Part shown: in pieces, positions 38,662-48,400 of the stretch | Position numbering within the stretch: position 1 is the stretch's first letter | Layout: each line of letters starts with the position of its first letter | NCBI GenBank assembly: GCA_902623495.1 | Contig: CACNTW010000003.1 | Coordinates: 36,240-100,239, forward strand | Reading direction: 5' to 3' | DNA from: an uncultured Pelagibacteraceae bacterium | GTDB taxonomy: Bacteria > Pseudomonadota > Alphaproteobacteria > Pelagibacterales > Pelagibacteraceae | Length of the DNA: 64,000 nt | Translations under genes and position numbers: made by a program | The notes under the pieces: model-generated | The model's database searches: none | What the model was told of the DNA's origin: nothing | What the model saw: only the letters and a program-made list of their open reading frames with translations

Positions 38662-39286
38662 TTGGCATTCCTACAATTGTTAATTCACCTTTGGCTACTA
38701 TCGCTCCAGTTGAATCATTTTGTACTACACTTATCGTCTCTTTGTCAAAATTTAACATTTTTTTTTGTTTAGATACTGCTCTTTTAAACTTAATATATCC
38801 AAGGAAATTACCCTTTATTTCGTAATCTACTGGAATTTTATAATAAGAAACCATTTCCATTGTTATATTGTTTTCAGACTGTTGTGCATTTCCAGCTTTT
38901 AAAACTGGTTTAGGTTTTTTTTTCTGTATTTTTGAGATAATTAATCCATTAACAGCTGCGTGCTTGCTCAAACTTTCATACAAACCTTCAACTTCAGCTT
39001 TTGAGTGAAACAAAGTTGAGCTAGCTTCAAATTCAGGTTTTCTTTTTTTTATATTTTTTTTTAAAGTAATTATGTCATTTTCAAACTTATTGATTTCATT
39101 TTCTTTTAAAATTTTATCATCAAATATAGCTCTTCTTTCTTTAACCATTGGACTAAGAATGACATAATAAATAATCAAAAATAAAATTACAGCCCCTACT
39201 CCTATTCCAAATTTAATTAATGTTTTTTTGTCGATGCCTGATAGCTTTTGCTTCAAGTCATCCATTGTCATATTTTTTAAATCCAT
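38648..39286 (-). CDS. pilO: Type IVa pilus alignment protein PilO
   Basis: One TM helix, coiled coil, then YYKIPVDYEIKGNFLGYIKF PilO core. Start at 39286 overlaps the pilM stop (TAATG). Confidence 0.85.
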   Translation of the reverse strand: MDLKNMTMDDLKQKLSGIDKKTLIKFGIGVGAVILFLIIYYVILSPMVKERRAIFDDKILKENEINKFENDIITLKKNIKKRKPEFEASSTLFHSKAEVEGLYESLSKHAAVNGLIISKIQKKKPKPVLKAGNAQQSENNITMEMVSYYKIPVDYEIKGNFLGYIKFKRAVSKQKKMLNFDKETISVVQNDSTGAIVAKGELTIVGMPNEFF

Positions 39287-41001
39287 TATGCACTCTCCAA
39301 AATACAAGCTATTTTAAAGCCCTTCATTGTTTGAGAGCTCTGTTGATCATTAGGCAAGGTCATGCTTGCTAAAGATGCTTGTGAAATTAATTTTTTGTTA
39401 TTTAAATTGCTTATTAACTTTAAAATGTCTTGGTCACTAAAAGCTGTACCTTCTATAACTATTAAGTCTGAACCATTGTAATCAATTGAGCTAAATTTAA
39501 CTCTTTTTGGCACTGCTGAAGCAATTTGAGCTAAAACTCTAAAGCTAATAGTCTTGTTGGATTTTATTGACTGGCTAAGCTCAAGTGCTTTATCCATTAA
39601 ATTTTTTTCTTTGAGATATTTATTTCTCTCTAAAGTCTTTAGCTCATGAGTTTGAATAACTTCCTCATATCCAGCTATCTTTTTATTTAAATCTGTAATT
39701 TGCCAAAATGAAAATCCAAAAAGAACAACATATATTGCAACAACTATTCCAGCAATTCCTTTAAATGCAAAATTTGAAAAAGCTTTAGCTTTTTTTTGTG
39801 CAATCATATTTTCTCTGTTTGGAAGAAGGTTGATATTTTTTACTGCAGTTACAAATTTATAATAACCAAATACATCTAACTTTCTAAAAGCTAATCCCAT
39901 AACTGTTGAAAAATAAGATGGATTACTTAATTTAGTATCATTTTCAATTTGTGCAGGTATCTTAATTCCATCAAATGGATTAAAAAGATTATAGCCAGTA
40001 TTAACCATATTTTTCCTAAAGCTTGCTAAATAATCTTCTACGTTTGGCAGATTAGATGTTACTTTTAAATTCCTAATTCTTTTTTCATATTTTGTTTCAA
40101 AATCCTGAACTGCCTGTTTAACCTGGGTCATATATCTTCTGACCAAAGCATCCATTTCTTCTTGATTATTACTTTCAGATAAAGTTTTTCTATCTTGAGC
40201 TCTAATAAATATATCAGTTATGATTGGATTATTTTCATAAAGTATCATTACATAATTTTCATCAAGTCCAAATTCTAAAACTGCTGTTAAATTTGAATCT
40301 TCAATTGATCCAGCTATTTGATTAATTTGGTCTACTGCAGATTTTAATGCAAAACATTTGACATCAATAATTACAGCGTTTAATCCACCTTTTTTAATAA
40401 TTGCTGTATAACTATTAATGTCTGAAAGTTTTGAGGCAACAAACAAGATATCCATCGTGTTAGCTTTTTCATCTTTATTTATTACCTGATGAAATATTGA
40501 ATACTCTGCTAAGTTATCTGTTAGTTGAACTAAATTTTCCCAAAGTGAATCTGTATCAATAGCTTTTTTCAATTCTTCTTCAGTCATTAAAGGCGCAGTT
40601 ACGACCCTAATGATGGCGCTTGTAACTGGAATTGCTATTGCAGCATTGGTTGTTGATACTTTTGATTTTAATAAAGCTAACTTTAGCTCTTCAGCAATTT
40701 TGTCTTGATTTTCTAAAACTGTTCCACCATCAGGAACTCCTTCAAATTTATGAACATAAAATTTATCTAAGACCCATTGGTTTGCTTTATTGCTGGAAAC
40801 TTGTGCAAGTCTAATTTCGTTTGGTGTCAATTCAACACCTAAAATTTCCTCACCTTTTATTGAGGATTTCCCTAATCTATTTTTTAATAGTTTGCCAAAA
40901 AAACTCTCTTTCTTTTTGCCTGCATCTGGCTTTGGCACAGGTTTATCTGGCGCACCATCTTTACTCTTCTTTTTAAAAAGATTTGCAAAAGGATTTTTCA
41001 T
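39286..41001 (-). CDS. pilM: Fused PilM-PilN protein
   Basis: N-terminal actin-like PilM (ILGVELTPNEIRL, AIAIP, AVLEFG, VMGLAFR), then the PilN signature INLLP (39820-39834), a TM helix, coiled coil and PilN core (VPKRVKFSSI...IEGTA). Confidence 0.88.
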   Translation of the reverse strand: MKNPFANLFKKKSKDGAPDKPVPKPDAGKKKESFFGKLLKNRLGKSSIKGEEILGVELTPNEIRLAQVSSNKANQWVLDKFYVHKFEGVPDGGTVLENQDKIAEELKLALLKSKVSTTNAAIAIPVTSAIIRVVTAPLMTEEELKKAIDTDSLWENLVQLTDNLAEYSIFHQVINKDEKANTMDILFVASKLSDINSYTAIIKKGGLNAVIIDVKCFALKSAVDQINQIAGSIEDSNLTAVLEFGLDENYVMILYENNPIITDIFIRAQDRKTLSESNNQEEMDALVRRYMTQVKQAVQDFETKYEKRIRNLKVTSNLPNVEDYLASFRKNMVNTGYNLFNPFDGIKIPAQIENDTKLSNPSYFSTVMGLAFRKLDVFGYYKFVTAVKNINLLPNRENMIAQKKAKAFSNFAFKGIAGIVVAIYVVLFGFSFWQITDLNKKIAGYEEVIQTHELKTLERNKYLKEKNLMDKALELSQSIKSNKTISFRVLAQIASAVPKRVKFSSIDYNGSDLIVIEGTAFSDQDILKLISNLNNKKLISQASLASMTLPNDQQSSQTMKGFKIACILESA

Positions 41002-41127
41002 ATTTTTATATTTTGAATTTTATCTATATACTCAACTTTTACTAGAATAAAAAGCCCGAGTAGTACATAATGAGTTTTTTTGAAATAAATTAGTAAAAAT
41101 AACTTATATTTATAGTATCAATATTGA

Positions 41128-42144
41128 ATGTTTGAAAAATTAGAAGAACTTGCAAAAAATAATAAGAAAATTTCTGATTTTCACATAAGAGCTGGCGCTC
41201 CACTTGCTTACCGACAAACTGGTGAGATTATTAAGGTTCAAGAAGTAATGGTTACGGCTCAAGATATAAAAGATTTATTATCAATGAACTGTAATGAACA
41301 TGAATTGAATAAATTTGATAAAACTCACGAATTAGATACTTCGGTAACATTAAGTGGATTAAGATTTAGAGCAAACTTTTATAAAACAATTAAAGGCCCG
41401 GCATGCGTTTGTAGAAGAGTGGAAAGTAAAATTCCTGAAATGGATCAATTTAATTTACCTCAGTCTCTTTATGATATTGTCGACTTTCACAAAGGACTAG
41501 TTTTAGTTACAGGCCCAACTGGTTCAGGTAAATCAACTACGCTTGCAGCTATTGTTAATGAAATAAATAAAACAAGAACTGCAAATATTATTACTGTAGA
41601 AGACCCCGTTGAATTTATTCATCAGGATAACAAAAGTATTGTTTCTCATAGAGAAGTTGGAAAACAAACTGAAACATTTGCTGCAGCTTTAAAAGCAGCT
41701 CTTAGAGAAGATCCAGACGTAATTTTAGTTGGAGAAATGAGAGACTTAGAAACTATCAGTCTTGCATTGACTGCTGCTGAAACTGGACATCTAGTTTTTG
41801 GAACTTTACATACTAGTGGTGCTCCAAGTACAATTAATAGAATTATCGATGTTTTTCCTCCTGAGCAACAAGAACAAATTAGAGCTCAAATTTCGACGTC
41901 TCTTAAAATGGTAGTTACTCAAAGGTTATTAAAAACAAGAGATGGTGCTGGTAGAGTTGGTGCTTTTGAAATTATGAAATGTACTGCGCCAATACAAAAC
42001 TTAATTAGAGAAGCTAAAATTCATCAAATTCCTAGTATCATGCAAACTGCAGTAAGAGATGGAATGATAACTATGGAAAAATCTTTAGAGGAATTAGCTA
42101 AAGCAGGGAAAATAGATCCAGGTGCTGCAAGATCAGAACATTAA
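41128..42144 (+). CDS. pilT: Type IV pilus retraction ATPase
   Basis: SDFHI, GPTGSGKSTT, ITVEDPVE, ALREDPDVILVGEMRD, TLHTSGA, PIQNLIRE (AIRNLIRE motif). Confidence 0.95.
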   Translation: MFEKLEELAKNNKKISDFHIRAGAPLAYRQTGEIIKVQEVMVTAQDIKDLLSMNCNEHELNKFDKTHELDTSVTLSGLRFRANFYKTIKGPACVCRRVESKIPEMDQFNLPQSLYDIVDFHKGLVLVTGPTGSGKSTTLAAIVNEINKTRTANIITVEDPVEFIHQDNKSIVSHREVGKQTETFAAALKAALREDPDVILVGEMRDLETISLALTAAETGHLVFGTLHTSGAPSTINRIIDVFPPEQQEQIRAQISTSLKMVVTQRLLKTRDGAGRVGAFEIMKCTAPIQNLIREAKIHQIPSIMQTAVRDGMITMEKSLEELAKAGKIDPGAARSEH

Positions 42145-42736
42145 AGGTTTTACATTACTCGAGTTGCTTGTTGTTATTTCAATAGTAGCTTTGGTTTCGG
42201 CCATAGGTATGCCTAACTTTATGAGTTGGCAAAAAGATAGGGAAGTTAGAACAGCTGCTGAAAAAATTGCAAATGCAATTAATATGGCCAATACGCGTAC
42301 AACAAATGGAAGTCTAGAAATTGTCAAAATTACTTTTGAAAGTACTACATCATCTACTAGTGTTACTACTGTTGGAATTGACAGAAAAAAATTTTCTGAC
42401 AGGATTAATAAAGGTTTAGACGTAAAATGTAAAAATGATGCGAATTGGTTCACTAAAACTATTGATCAGCAAACTTTTTCGGTTGCAACAAACTTGACGA
42501 AAAAATCGTCAATTTGTTTTTCTTTGAGAGAAAAAAATTATGGAACTGATGGTATCTTTAATGGACAGCAAAATATCAACTTAGAAAATTCTTCAAATGT
42601 TACAGATAAATTTATTATGATTTGTCGAAGTGGCTCAAGTTGTCCTGGAAAACATTCATACTTGATTGAATGGACAAGATTTGGAAATGTTAACAAATTT
42701 AAATGGAGTAAAAGTGGTGCTTGGACAAGAATGTAA
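42122..42736 (+). CDS. fimT: Minor pilin, FimT/FimU-like
   Basis: KG|FTLLELLVVISIVALVSAIGMPNF class III signal; first gene of the minor-pilin cluster. Confidence 0.7.
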   Translation: MLQDQNIKGFTLLELLVVISIVALVSAIGMPNFMSWQKDREVRTAAEKIANAINMANTRTTNGSLEIVKITFESTTSSTSVTTVGIDRKKFSDRINKGLDVKCKNDANWFTKTIDQQTFSVATNLTKKSSICFSLREKNYGTDGIFNGQQNINLENSSNVTDKFIMICRSGSSCPGKHSYLIEWTRFGNVNKFKWSKSGAWTRM

Positions 42737-43334
42737 AAAAAATAGATTTGATAAGGGGATAACGATATTAGAGGCTTTAGTATCAACTGCTATAATTGCA
42801 ATTGGATTTATTGCTATTTTTCAGATGGTTCAATATTCAATTCGTTCAATTGATGTATCGGGTGAAAGAACCAAATCCAGCCTTCTAATTTCAATGGTTG
42901 CTGAAGATTTAATATCAGAGAAGAATGCATCATCGCCAACAAGCAAGGTTTCCTTAACTGATTACCTAATTAATCAAGAAAAAAGTGGAAAAACTTCCTG
43001 GAATGCTCCGAGTTGCAATTCTGGATCTTCAACATCTCAAACCTTCACTAATACTGTTGATGCTAAAAAATATAAGTGGGCAAATAGATTTTCTAAAAGA
43101 AGATTAAAATGCAAGGGAGTAGAAAATAAAAAAGAACTTAAAGTATATGACATTTGCAATAATGCCGCTTCTGGTAATGTTTGTACTTACAATAATAATA
43201 AAAATTATAATGGAACAAGGCTTTATGACCAAATGGTAATTGGTCGTATGGAAGTAAATATCAGTACAGGAAGAGTTGATAATCAGGGAAATAAAAAACC
43301 TAAGAAAGGGTATTTATATTTTCAAATTAGATAA
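42714..43334 (+). CDS. pilV: Minor pilin PilV-like
   Basis: KG|ITILEALVSTAI. Start uncertain; GTG at 42714 or 42717 follows GGAG at 42705. Confidence 0.7.
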   Translation: MVLGQECKKNRFDKGITILEALVSTAIIAIGFIAIFQMVQYSIRSIDVSGERTKSSLLISMVAEDLISEKNASSPTSKVSLTDYLINQEKSGKTSWNAPSCNSGSSTSQTFTNTVDAKKYKWANRFSKRRLKCKGVENKKELKVYDICNNAASGNVCTYNNNKNYNGTRLYDQMVIGRMEVNISTGRVDNQGNKKPKKGYLYFQIR

Positions 43335-44170
43335 TGAAAAAACTAAAAAACATATCTGGATTAACTTTAATTGAAATTTTATTAGGTATTGTAATTTCTG
43401 TCATAATGATGGGTGCAATGTTAACATCGTATAATGTTGTAAATAATTCATATTCACAAGTTACCGATAAAGCAAAGATATCTAATCAAGGTAAAGTAGT
43501 TTTGGGGATGATAATGGCTGACATTAGAAACGCTGGTTTTAAATATTATGGTGATACGGTAAAAACTACAAATGAACATGTTCCAATTCTGATTACTAAA
43601 GCGTCAAATTTTAACACTGCATGTGATACAATAGATATTGTTTATGGTGACATGCAATATGATGAAAGCAAAACACCAAAATATACTTTTCAAAGATATA
43701 AAGTTACTTATAGCTGTGAACGTTCAAAACTTCCTGATAAAAGCGCACCTCCATTACCAGGAAATAAATTTCCACCTATCAATGCGTTTGCTGTTTATAA
43801 AACAAAAGTCATTTGGGATGAAACTGGAAGTAATTGGAAAAATCCTAGGACAGATGGAAATGATGCAACTTATGAAAAACAATTAGTTGCAGATTATATT
43901 GAAGATTTAGTTTTTTTACCAATAGATGATGAAGGTAAATTAATAAATCCTCCACCAACGGTAAATAATGCAACAAAAGATAAATTATATAAAATTAAAA
44001 CTGTCGATATAGCGCTTTCTATAAGATCAACAAAAAAATTCTATAGATCTGATAAAGATAGAACTAAGTTTACATTAAATAATCCTCTTAGAAAAAAAAC
44101 TAGGAATGATAAATATTTTAGAGAGACAATAGTTGTAACTGCACATGCAAGAAATATGGGAACGTTATAA
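43334..44170 (+). CDS. pilW: Minor pilin PilW-like
   Basis: SG|LTLIEILLGIVIS and MADIRNAGF (PilW DxRxAG motif). Confidence 0.8.
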   Translation: MKKLKNISGLTLIEILLGIVISVIMMGAMLTSYNVVNNSYSQVTDKAKISNQGKVVLGMIMADIRNAGFKYYGDTVKTTNEHVPILITKASNFNTACDTIDIVYGDMQYDESKTPKYTFQRYKVTYSCERSKLPDKSAPPLPGNKFPPINAFAVYKTKVIWDETGSNWKNPRTDGNDATYEKQLVADYIEDLVFLPIDDEGKLINPPPTVNNATKDKLYKIKTVDIALSIRSTKKFYRSDKDRTKFTLNNPLRKKTRNDKYFRETIVVTAHARNMGTL

Positions 44171-44853
44171 TGATAAATAATAATGAAAAAGGTTTTGCGC
44201 TAGTTCTTTCGTTAGTTTTGATGTTAGTAATGTCATTGATGGGCGGTGCTCTAATTGTGATTTCTGCTGGAGACCATCAAAGCAACAATCGGAGTGATGA
44301 ATATCAACAAACCTTTTATGTTGCAGAAACAGCTCTTCTTGAAGGAGAAAGATATGTGCTCAATCAATCTCTAGGACCTTGGAATATTAGTAATCACCAA
44401 AGGGATATGAGTAAAAGAAATCTTCCTAACAATACAGTAAGTTTTCCGTCTAATATGACCCAAAAAAACTATAATTCCAAATCTATGAGCTCAGATAATT
44501 ACCTATCACAATCAGATACTTGTTATAATTCTTTTCAAGTAAACAAACCAAAAGACTACAAAGTCGTTGTTGCTGAAAGTTGGAACTTTGGAGTAATTCT
44601 GGATGACAGTATAGGTTCAAAAACCATTCCCAAGAGTGAGATCGATAAATTGAAGAAATTTTACTATCAATATTTTATCGAGCAAGTAGGCTCTGCTCCA
44701 TTTAAAGGCACAGGAACAAGTGTGAAAAAAGAAGCTGGAAATACTGGAAGTGATGGTATTGCTTACAGAGTTTATGGATGTGGCATCAAAAAAGAGAAGG
44801 ATGATATAAATTTAGTAGTAGCACTAGAAAGTGTAATTGTTTTACCGAAGTAA
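44170..44853 (+). CDS. pilX: Minor pilin PilX-like
   Basis: KG|FALVLSLVLMLVMSL lacking E5 (PilX/GspK hallmark); QTFYVAETAL motif. Confidence 0.85.
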   Translation: MINNNEKGFALVLSLVLMLVMSLMGGALIVISAGDHQSNNRSDEYQQTFYVAETALLEGERYVLNQSLGPWNISNHQRDMSKRNLPNNTVSFPSNMTQKNYNSKSMSSDNYLSQSDTCYNSFQVNKPKDYKVVVAESWNFGVILDDSIGSKTIPKSEIDKLKKFYYQYFIEQVGSAPFKGTGTSVKKEAGNTGSDGIAYRVYGCGIKKEKDDINLVVALESVIVLPK

Positions 44854-44911
44854 ATATGGCAAATTTGTTTATTAATAAAAAATATTTTAATGTAGTAAGT
44901 AAAATTATTTT

Positions 44912-45445
44912 ATGAAAATATTAATAAAATCTTTTATCATTGTAATTTTATCCATTGTCAGCTCATATTCTGCATGTGATTTAAAAGCTGAATTTGGAGA
45001 AAAAAAAGAAGTTTTTGAAAAACGTGAAATGATAGGAAGAACATTTCCATTAGAATATCCAGAATTAGAAGTTTTTCCTGTATTGGCAGATGACATTTGT
45101 CCAAATCAAAAATTAAAAGATGTCGGTATCGAGTATAGATTTTTAAATAATGAGTTGGTTGCAATTAATTTTGTTGCTCTCAACGATGATAGAAATTTAG
45201 TTTCAGAGAAACTATTATTAATGAATTATGTAAAAAATAATTATAAAAAATTCGACACTGGAAAAAATCCAAAATCATATGAAGGTGTTGAAGTAATTGA
45301 GAAAACAAATTTATTTGTGGTTTACCAAAGAATAACAGGTGATGATGGAATTAAAGATGAACAAATTTATTTATCAACTCCTGAATTAGATGAAAAGTTA
45401 TCGAAGTTTTATGCAGAAAAAGAAATGGAGACGACAAAAAACTAA
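44912..45445 (+). CDS. Exported hypothetical protein between pilX and pilY1
   Basis: N-terminal signal-like segment, two Cys; stop overlaps the pilY1 start. Confidence 0.7.
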   Translation: MKILIKSFIIVILSIVSSYSACDLKAEFGEKKEVFEKREMIGRTFPLEYPELEVFPVLADDICPNQKLKDVGIEYRFLNNELVAINFVALNDDRNLVSEKLLLMNYVKNNYKKFDTGKNPKSYEGVEVIEKTNLFVVYQRITGDDGIKDEQIYLSTPELDEKLSKFYAEKEMETTKN

Positions 45446-48400
45446 TGATGAAATTAAAAAAATTAATATTTAGTTTTTTATTTGTATTTTTAACTACAGA
45501 AAATTTATTTGCTAAGGCTTTACCACCTGGTACTGGAATTGGAGATGTGCCAGCAAACGTTTTGATCTTACTTGATAAATCAGGAAGTATGGGTTGGCGT
45601 ATGAGCGGAGGATTAGCAAGTATGAGATACCCTTACGATGCAGATGCAGATAGCAGTGGTAACATACTTGTTTCTCAATACAACAGGGATGGAGTAAAAA
45701 AATTTCTATACGATACAGCCTCGATGGATACTGGTTTTGGATATAGAGGTGTTTCTGGAAAAGGAAATGCTAGATATGAAGGTAACAGCAACTGCAGAAC
45801 ATCATATTCATACAGTGGAGAAACTTATAACAGTATTTATTATACAACAGCATATTTCGAGAGTGCAGTTGTAGGCATAAGAACTAGCGATGGCAGATGT
45901 ATGGTAAAATATAATATAGGTGGCCGTCCCTATAACATGACAATTAATCCAAGCAATGGAATGCTCTACGTTGGTCATAGTAATGGTTTTAAAACAATAA
46001 ACCTAAACACTAACCAAACTTACAATTGTAGTGTACAATTTAATTTAAGACTTAGTTATGGAACCAAAATAACGGGAGACTATATTTATTACTACCGAAA
46101 TAGTAGAATTTATAGATCTAAGTTAAATACTGGTGGCTCAGCTTGTCCTCAAAATAGTGTTAGCGGAAGTTTTTCTTTCTTTGAAGGTAATTATCTCGGA
46201 TTGGAGAGAGATCCAAATAATTCAAATGTTTTATTTACCCTATCATGGAACCAAAGCAGATTAAAAAAGATCACTATAAATGCCTCAGGTAACGGTGCAA
46301 CTACGAACTGGACAAAAGGAAGAAGAAGTAAGTCAGCGTCAAATTCAAGTAATTTATATTTTTATTACCCTTGGGGTTTAGGTTGGGATGAAAATAATAA
46401 CAGGCTTTTAGGAGCAAATCTAAACAACGGACAAGTTCATGTGCTTGATAATAATGGTGGCTGGATTAAATCTATTGGTGGTGCTCCAAAAACGAGGATG
46501 CAAGCTGCTTATGAGGCTATAGAAGCAATAGTTAAAGACTCATCATTAACTTCAGGTGTAGATTTTGGTTTTGCTTATTGGTCAGCGGGTGCATCTGGAT
46601 TTACAAGATGGCACGGAAATCATAAAACCGGTCAAGGTTTTGCTAGACCATGCACTTATTACAATTGTCTTAAAGTTCCTATATATAAAGGAGGAGCAGC
46701 TCAAATCGCAAAAATGATACGAACCGTCAATCCAGGTGGAGGGACACACTTGGACTCTGCGATGAGAATAGCTTCGAGGTACTATAAGAACAGTACTTTT
46801 TCACCAATAGATAAAAATTCTCCATGTCAAAATTCTTATGTAATCCTAATCGGTGATGGAGAATGGTTTGGTTATACACATAATCGAGGTCTTAAAATTG
46901 TTAAAGATATTTATAATAATAATAAAATTAAAACGTTCGCAATAGCTTTTGGTACTGGAATACGGGCTAGTGGATATAAAAAGTTTGAAGATGTTGCAAA
47001 AGCAGGTGGAACGGAAAAAGCAATTATTGCTACAACTGGTGCCTCTTTAACAGCTCAACTTAAACAAAAAATTGGCGAAATAATTGCAGAAAAACTATCA
47101 TTTACAGCACCTGCAATTACTGCAACTATTCAAGATGGTGGTTCTTTGTATCAAGCTCAATTTGATTACCAACAAAATAAAGAATGGATTGGAACTCTAA
47201 CAAGGACAAAAGTAAATCCAGATGGAAGTATTGATGAAAAAGATGCTGGCAATTGGTCAGCTGCTGAGAAAGTTCCAGCTCCAGGATCAAGAAAAATATG
47301 GAGTGTAATTCCAGGTACAGATTATAAAGCTGACTATAATAACTTTAGAGATACTTATGCAACTGAAATTGGAAATGTTATGGCATTATACGAAAATGAC
47401 ATAATAGACTATCACAGAAAAACTGATACAGCGAGTGGATCAAGTTTACTTAGAAGATGTGCAAACTCAGCAGGAGTTCTTGATGGAACAGACGATGACT
47501 TAAAAGGATTAATTAATTTTGTTAGAGGAACTGATTATTTTGATTATGATGGAGATTGTAATCTTACAGAAAAAAGAACCAAAAGTGGAAAAAATATTTA
47601 TCTAGGAGATATATATCACTCACAATTACTTGTTGTTGGAGCGCCTTCAGCTGATACAGAATTTACAAATACAAATCAGGAAGCATATTTTAGAAAAGTT
47701 AATGGATATGACACATGGAAAAATTCTTTAAATGCGAGGGATCCTATAATTTATGCTGGTTCTAATAGTGGAGTTCTTCATGCATTTGATGCAGAATCAG
47801 GAAAAGAAATTTGGGGATTTGTACCGCCATTAGTTGCTCCGTACTTACCTTTGACAATGAATAATAATCTTAATTTACCAAAAGGTGGTGGATCGAATGC
47901 AATATTTGGAGTTGATGGGTCTATAGTTGCACATGACATGTACTTTAAAAGTCCATTAGATACAGCGAAGAAATGGCATACTATTCTTTTTGTTCCATAT
48001 GGAAGAGGGGGAGCTGGAATGAGTGTGTTAGACGTTACAAATCCAAACAAACCTTTGCACCTATGGTCAATTTTCAATGATAAAATTAATAATAGAGTTT
48101 ACAGAGTGGATCATAATCAGGTTATTTATAATTATGATTATATTTCTAATTCTTATTCACTTGCATCATTTCAAGAAGCTCAAGATGTAACAGATAATTA
48201 CAATGGTGGAGGAACAAAATTAGCTTGTAATTCATCTTTAACTACAAATTGTTATAAAAGCAAAAATTGGACATTCCCTGTTCAAGGTGTTACAAAAAAA
48301 GACCTGTCAGTTATCTATAATGGTAACAATTACACTAATTTTTCAGTATCAACAAATTCAAGCAGCGATACTATAATTACATTTGGAACTGAGATGATAT

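Noticed and set aside
42666-42745. pilV has no ATG just before its class III signal; deleting one T in ATGTAAAAAAAATAG would give MKKNRFDKG, suggesting a frameshift
   Set aside because: An in-frame GTG at 42714/42717 with GGAG upstream gives an adequate start. No evidence of a pseudogene without reads.
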